Source: an uncultured Rhizobiaceae bacterium (GTDB lineage Bacteria; Pseudomonadota; Alphaproteobacteria; UBA828). Taken from it: a stretch of DNA of 43,330 nt. The first letter of the stretch is position 1, and every line of letters begins with the position of its first letter. Shown here piece after piece: positions 43,166 to 43,330 of the stretch. The notes beneath the pieces are model-generated. The model searched no databases and was not told the origin of the DNA. It saw nothing but the letters and a program-made list of their open reading frames with translations. Both the position numbers and the translations under genes were made by a program. The stretch is taken from positions 1 through 43,330 of the forward strand of contig CAZUVO010000005.1 in assembly GCA_964623955.1 (NCBI GenBank). Reading direction: 5' to 3'.

Positions 43166-43330
43166 TCAATTGCTAATGGCGTACCAGGCCCGGCCGATCC
43201 ATTCCCTCAATGCGAGAGCGGTGCCATGCATCGCATTTGCGCGCGGCAATAAATCCAGCCCTTCAAATTCGGTCTCGCCTTGAATGATCGTCGGCGCGGG
43301 AATGGCATGAAATCCGGCTTGTCGAAATGA
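43166..43330 (-). CDS. 3' end of an unidentified CDS entering from beyond the window end
   Basis: My own reverse-complement translation gives an open frame '...FRQAGFHAIPAPTIIQGETEFEGLDLLPRANAMHGTALALREWIGRAWYAISN*' with stop at 43168-43166. Function unknown. Confidence 0.3.
   Translation of the reverse strand, partial: SFRQAGFHAIPAPTIIQGETEFEGLDLLPRANAMHGTALALREWIGRAWYAISN

Noticed and set aside
1-43330. Searched by eye for CRISPR arrays, tRNA/rRNA genes, IS elements, integrases, toxin-antitoxin pairs, restriction-modification or other defence modules.
   Set aside because: Nothing was found. Every ORF of plausible coding quality has a glycan-biosynthesis-type signature or is an orphan embedded in that context. 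Non-coding DNA is limited to short spacers with no repeat-spacer periodicity or cloverleaf-like sequences.

Overview
Almost fully coding 43.3-kb surface-glycan (O-antigen/capsule-type) biosynthesis super-locus from a high-GC genome (possibly alphaproteobacterial; this is a guess). I count about 41 CDS, 37 of them on the + strand, many joined by ATGA/GTGA/TTGA stop-start overlaps. Modules, in order: (1) 226-9759, a sialic/nonulosonic-acid core (NeuB, hydrolysing NeuC, CBS protein, NeuA). It is preceded by an unusual accessory set: APH-like kinase, split transketolase, 2OG-Fe(II) oxygenase, small conserved protein, SAM methyltransferase, RmlD-like SDR and WbuC cupin. (2) 9817-16018, two large uncharacterised proteins (one KpsC/KpsS-like), an AsnB-type amidotransferase and a GT4. 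(3) 16088-19841, low-GC insert 1: a methyltransferase-helical repeat fusion whose base composition switches mid-gene, plus two tandem sulfotransferase-like paralogues. (4) 19881-24302, a GT, WecB, WecC (UDP-ManNAcA) and a methyltransferase. (5) 24471-34561, an orphan ThDP E1 alpha/beta pair, a ColD/E1-type 3-dehydratase with His replacing the Schiff-base Lys, and a GDP-heptose-like set (HddC-like, Gmd-family, two Fcl-like, FabG-like SDR, a plant RGP/UDP-arabinopyranose-mutase-like protein, HddA-like kinase). (6) 34652-43165, low-GC insert 2: a GT, an orphan protein, a Wzy-like polymerase, an inverted WecA-family initiating transferase, a 707-aa B12-binding radical SAM enzyme and a 5'-truncated epimerase remnant. 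I saw no rRNA, tRNA, CRISPR, IS/transposase, integrase or defence-type genes. The most novel-looking content is the predicted chemistry: ThDP-dependent two-carbon branching of a 3,6-dideoxy (hept)ose, an RGP-type mutase in a bacterial sugar operon, a split transketolase next to NeuBCA, sulfation, and a cobalamin radical SAM enzyme. All functional calls come from motif recognition by eye; no searches were run.
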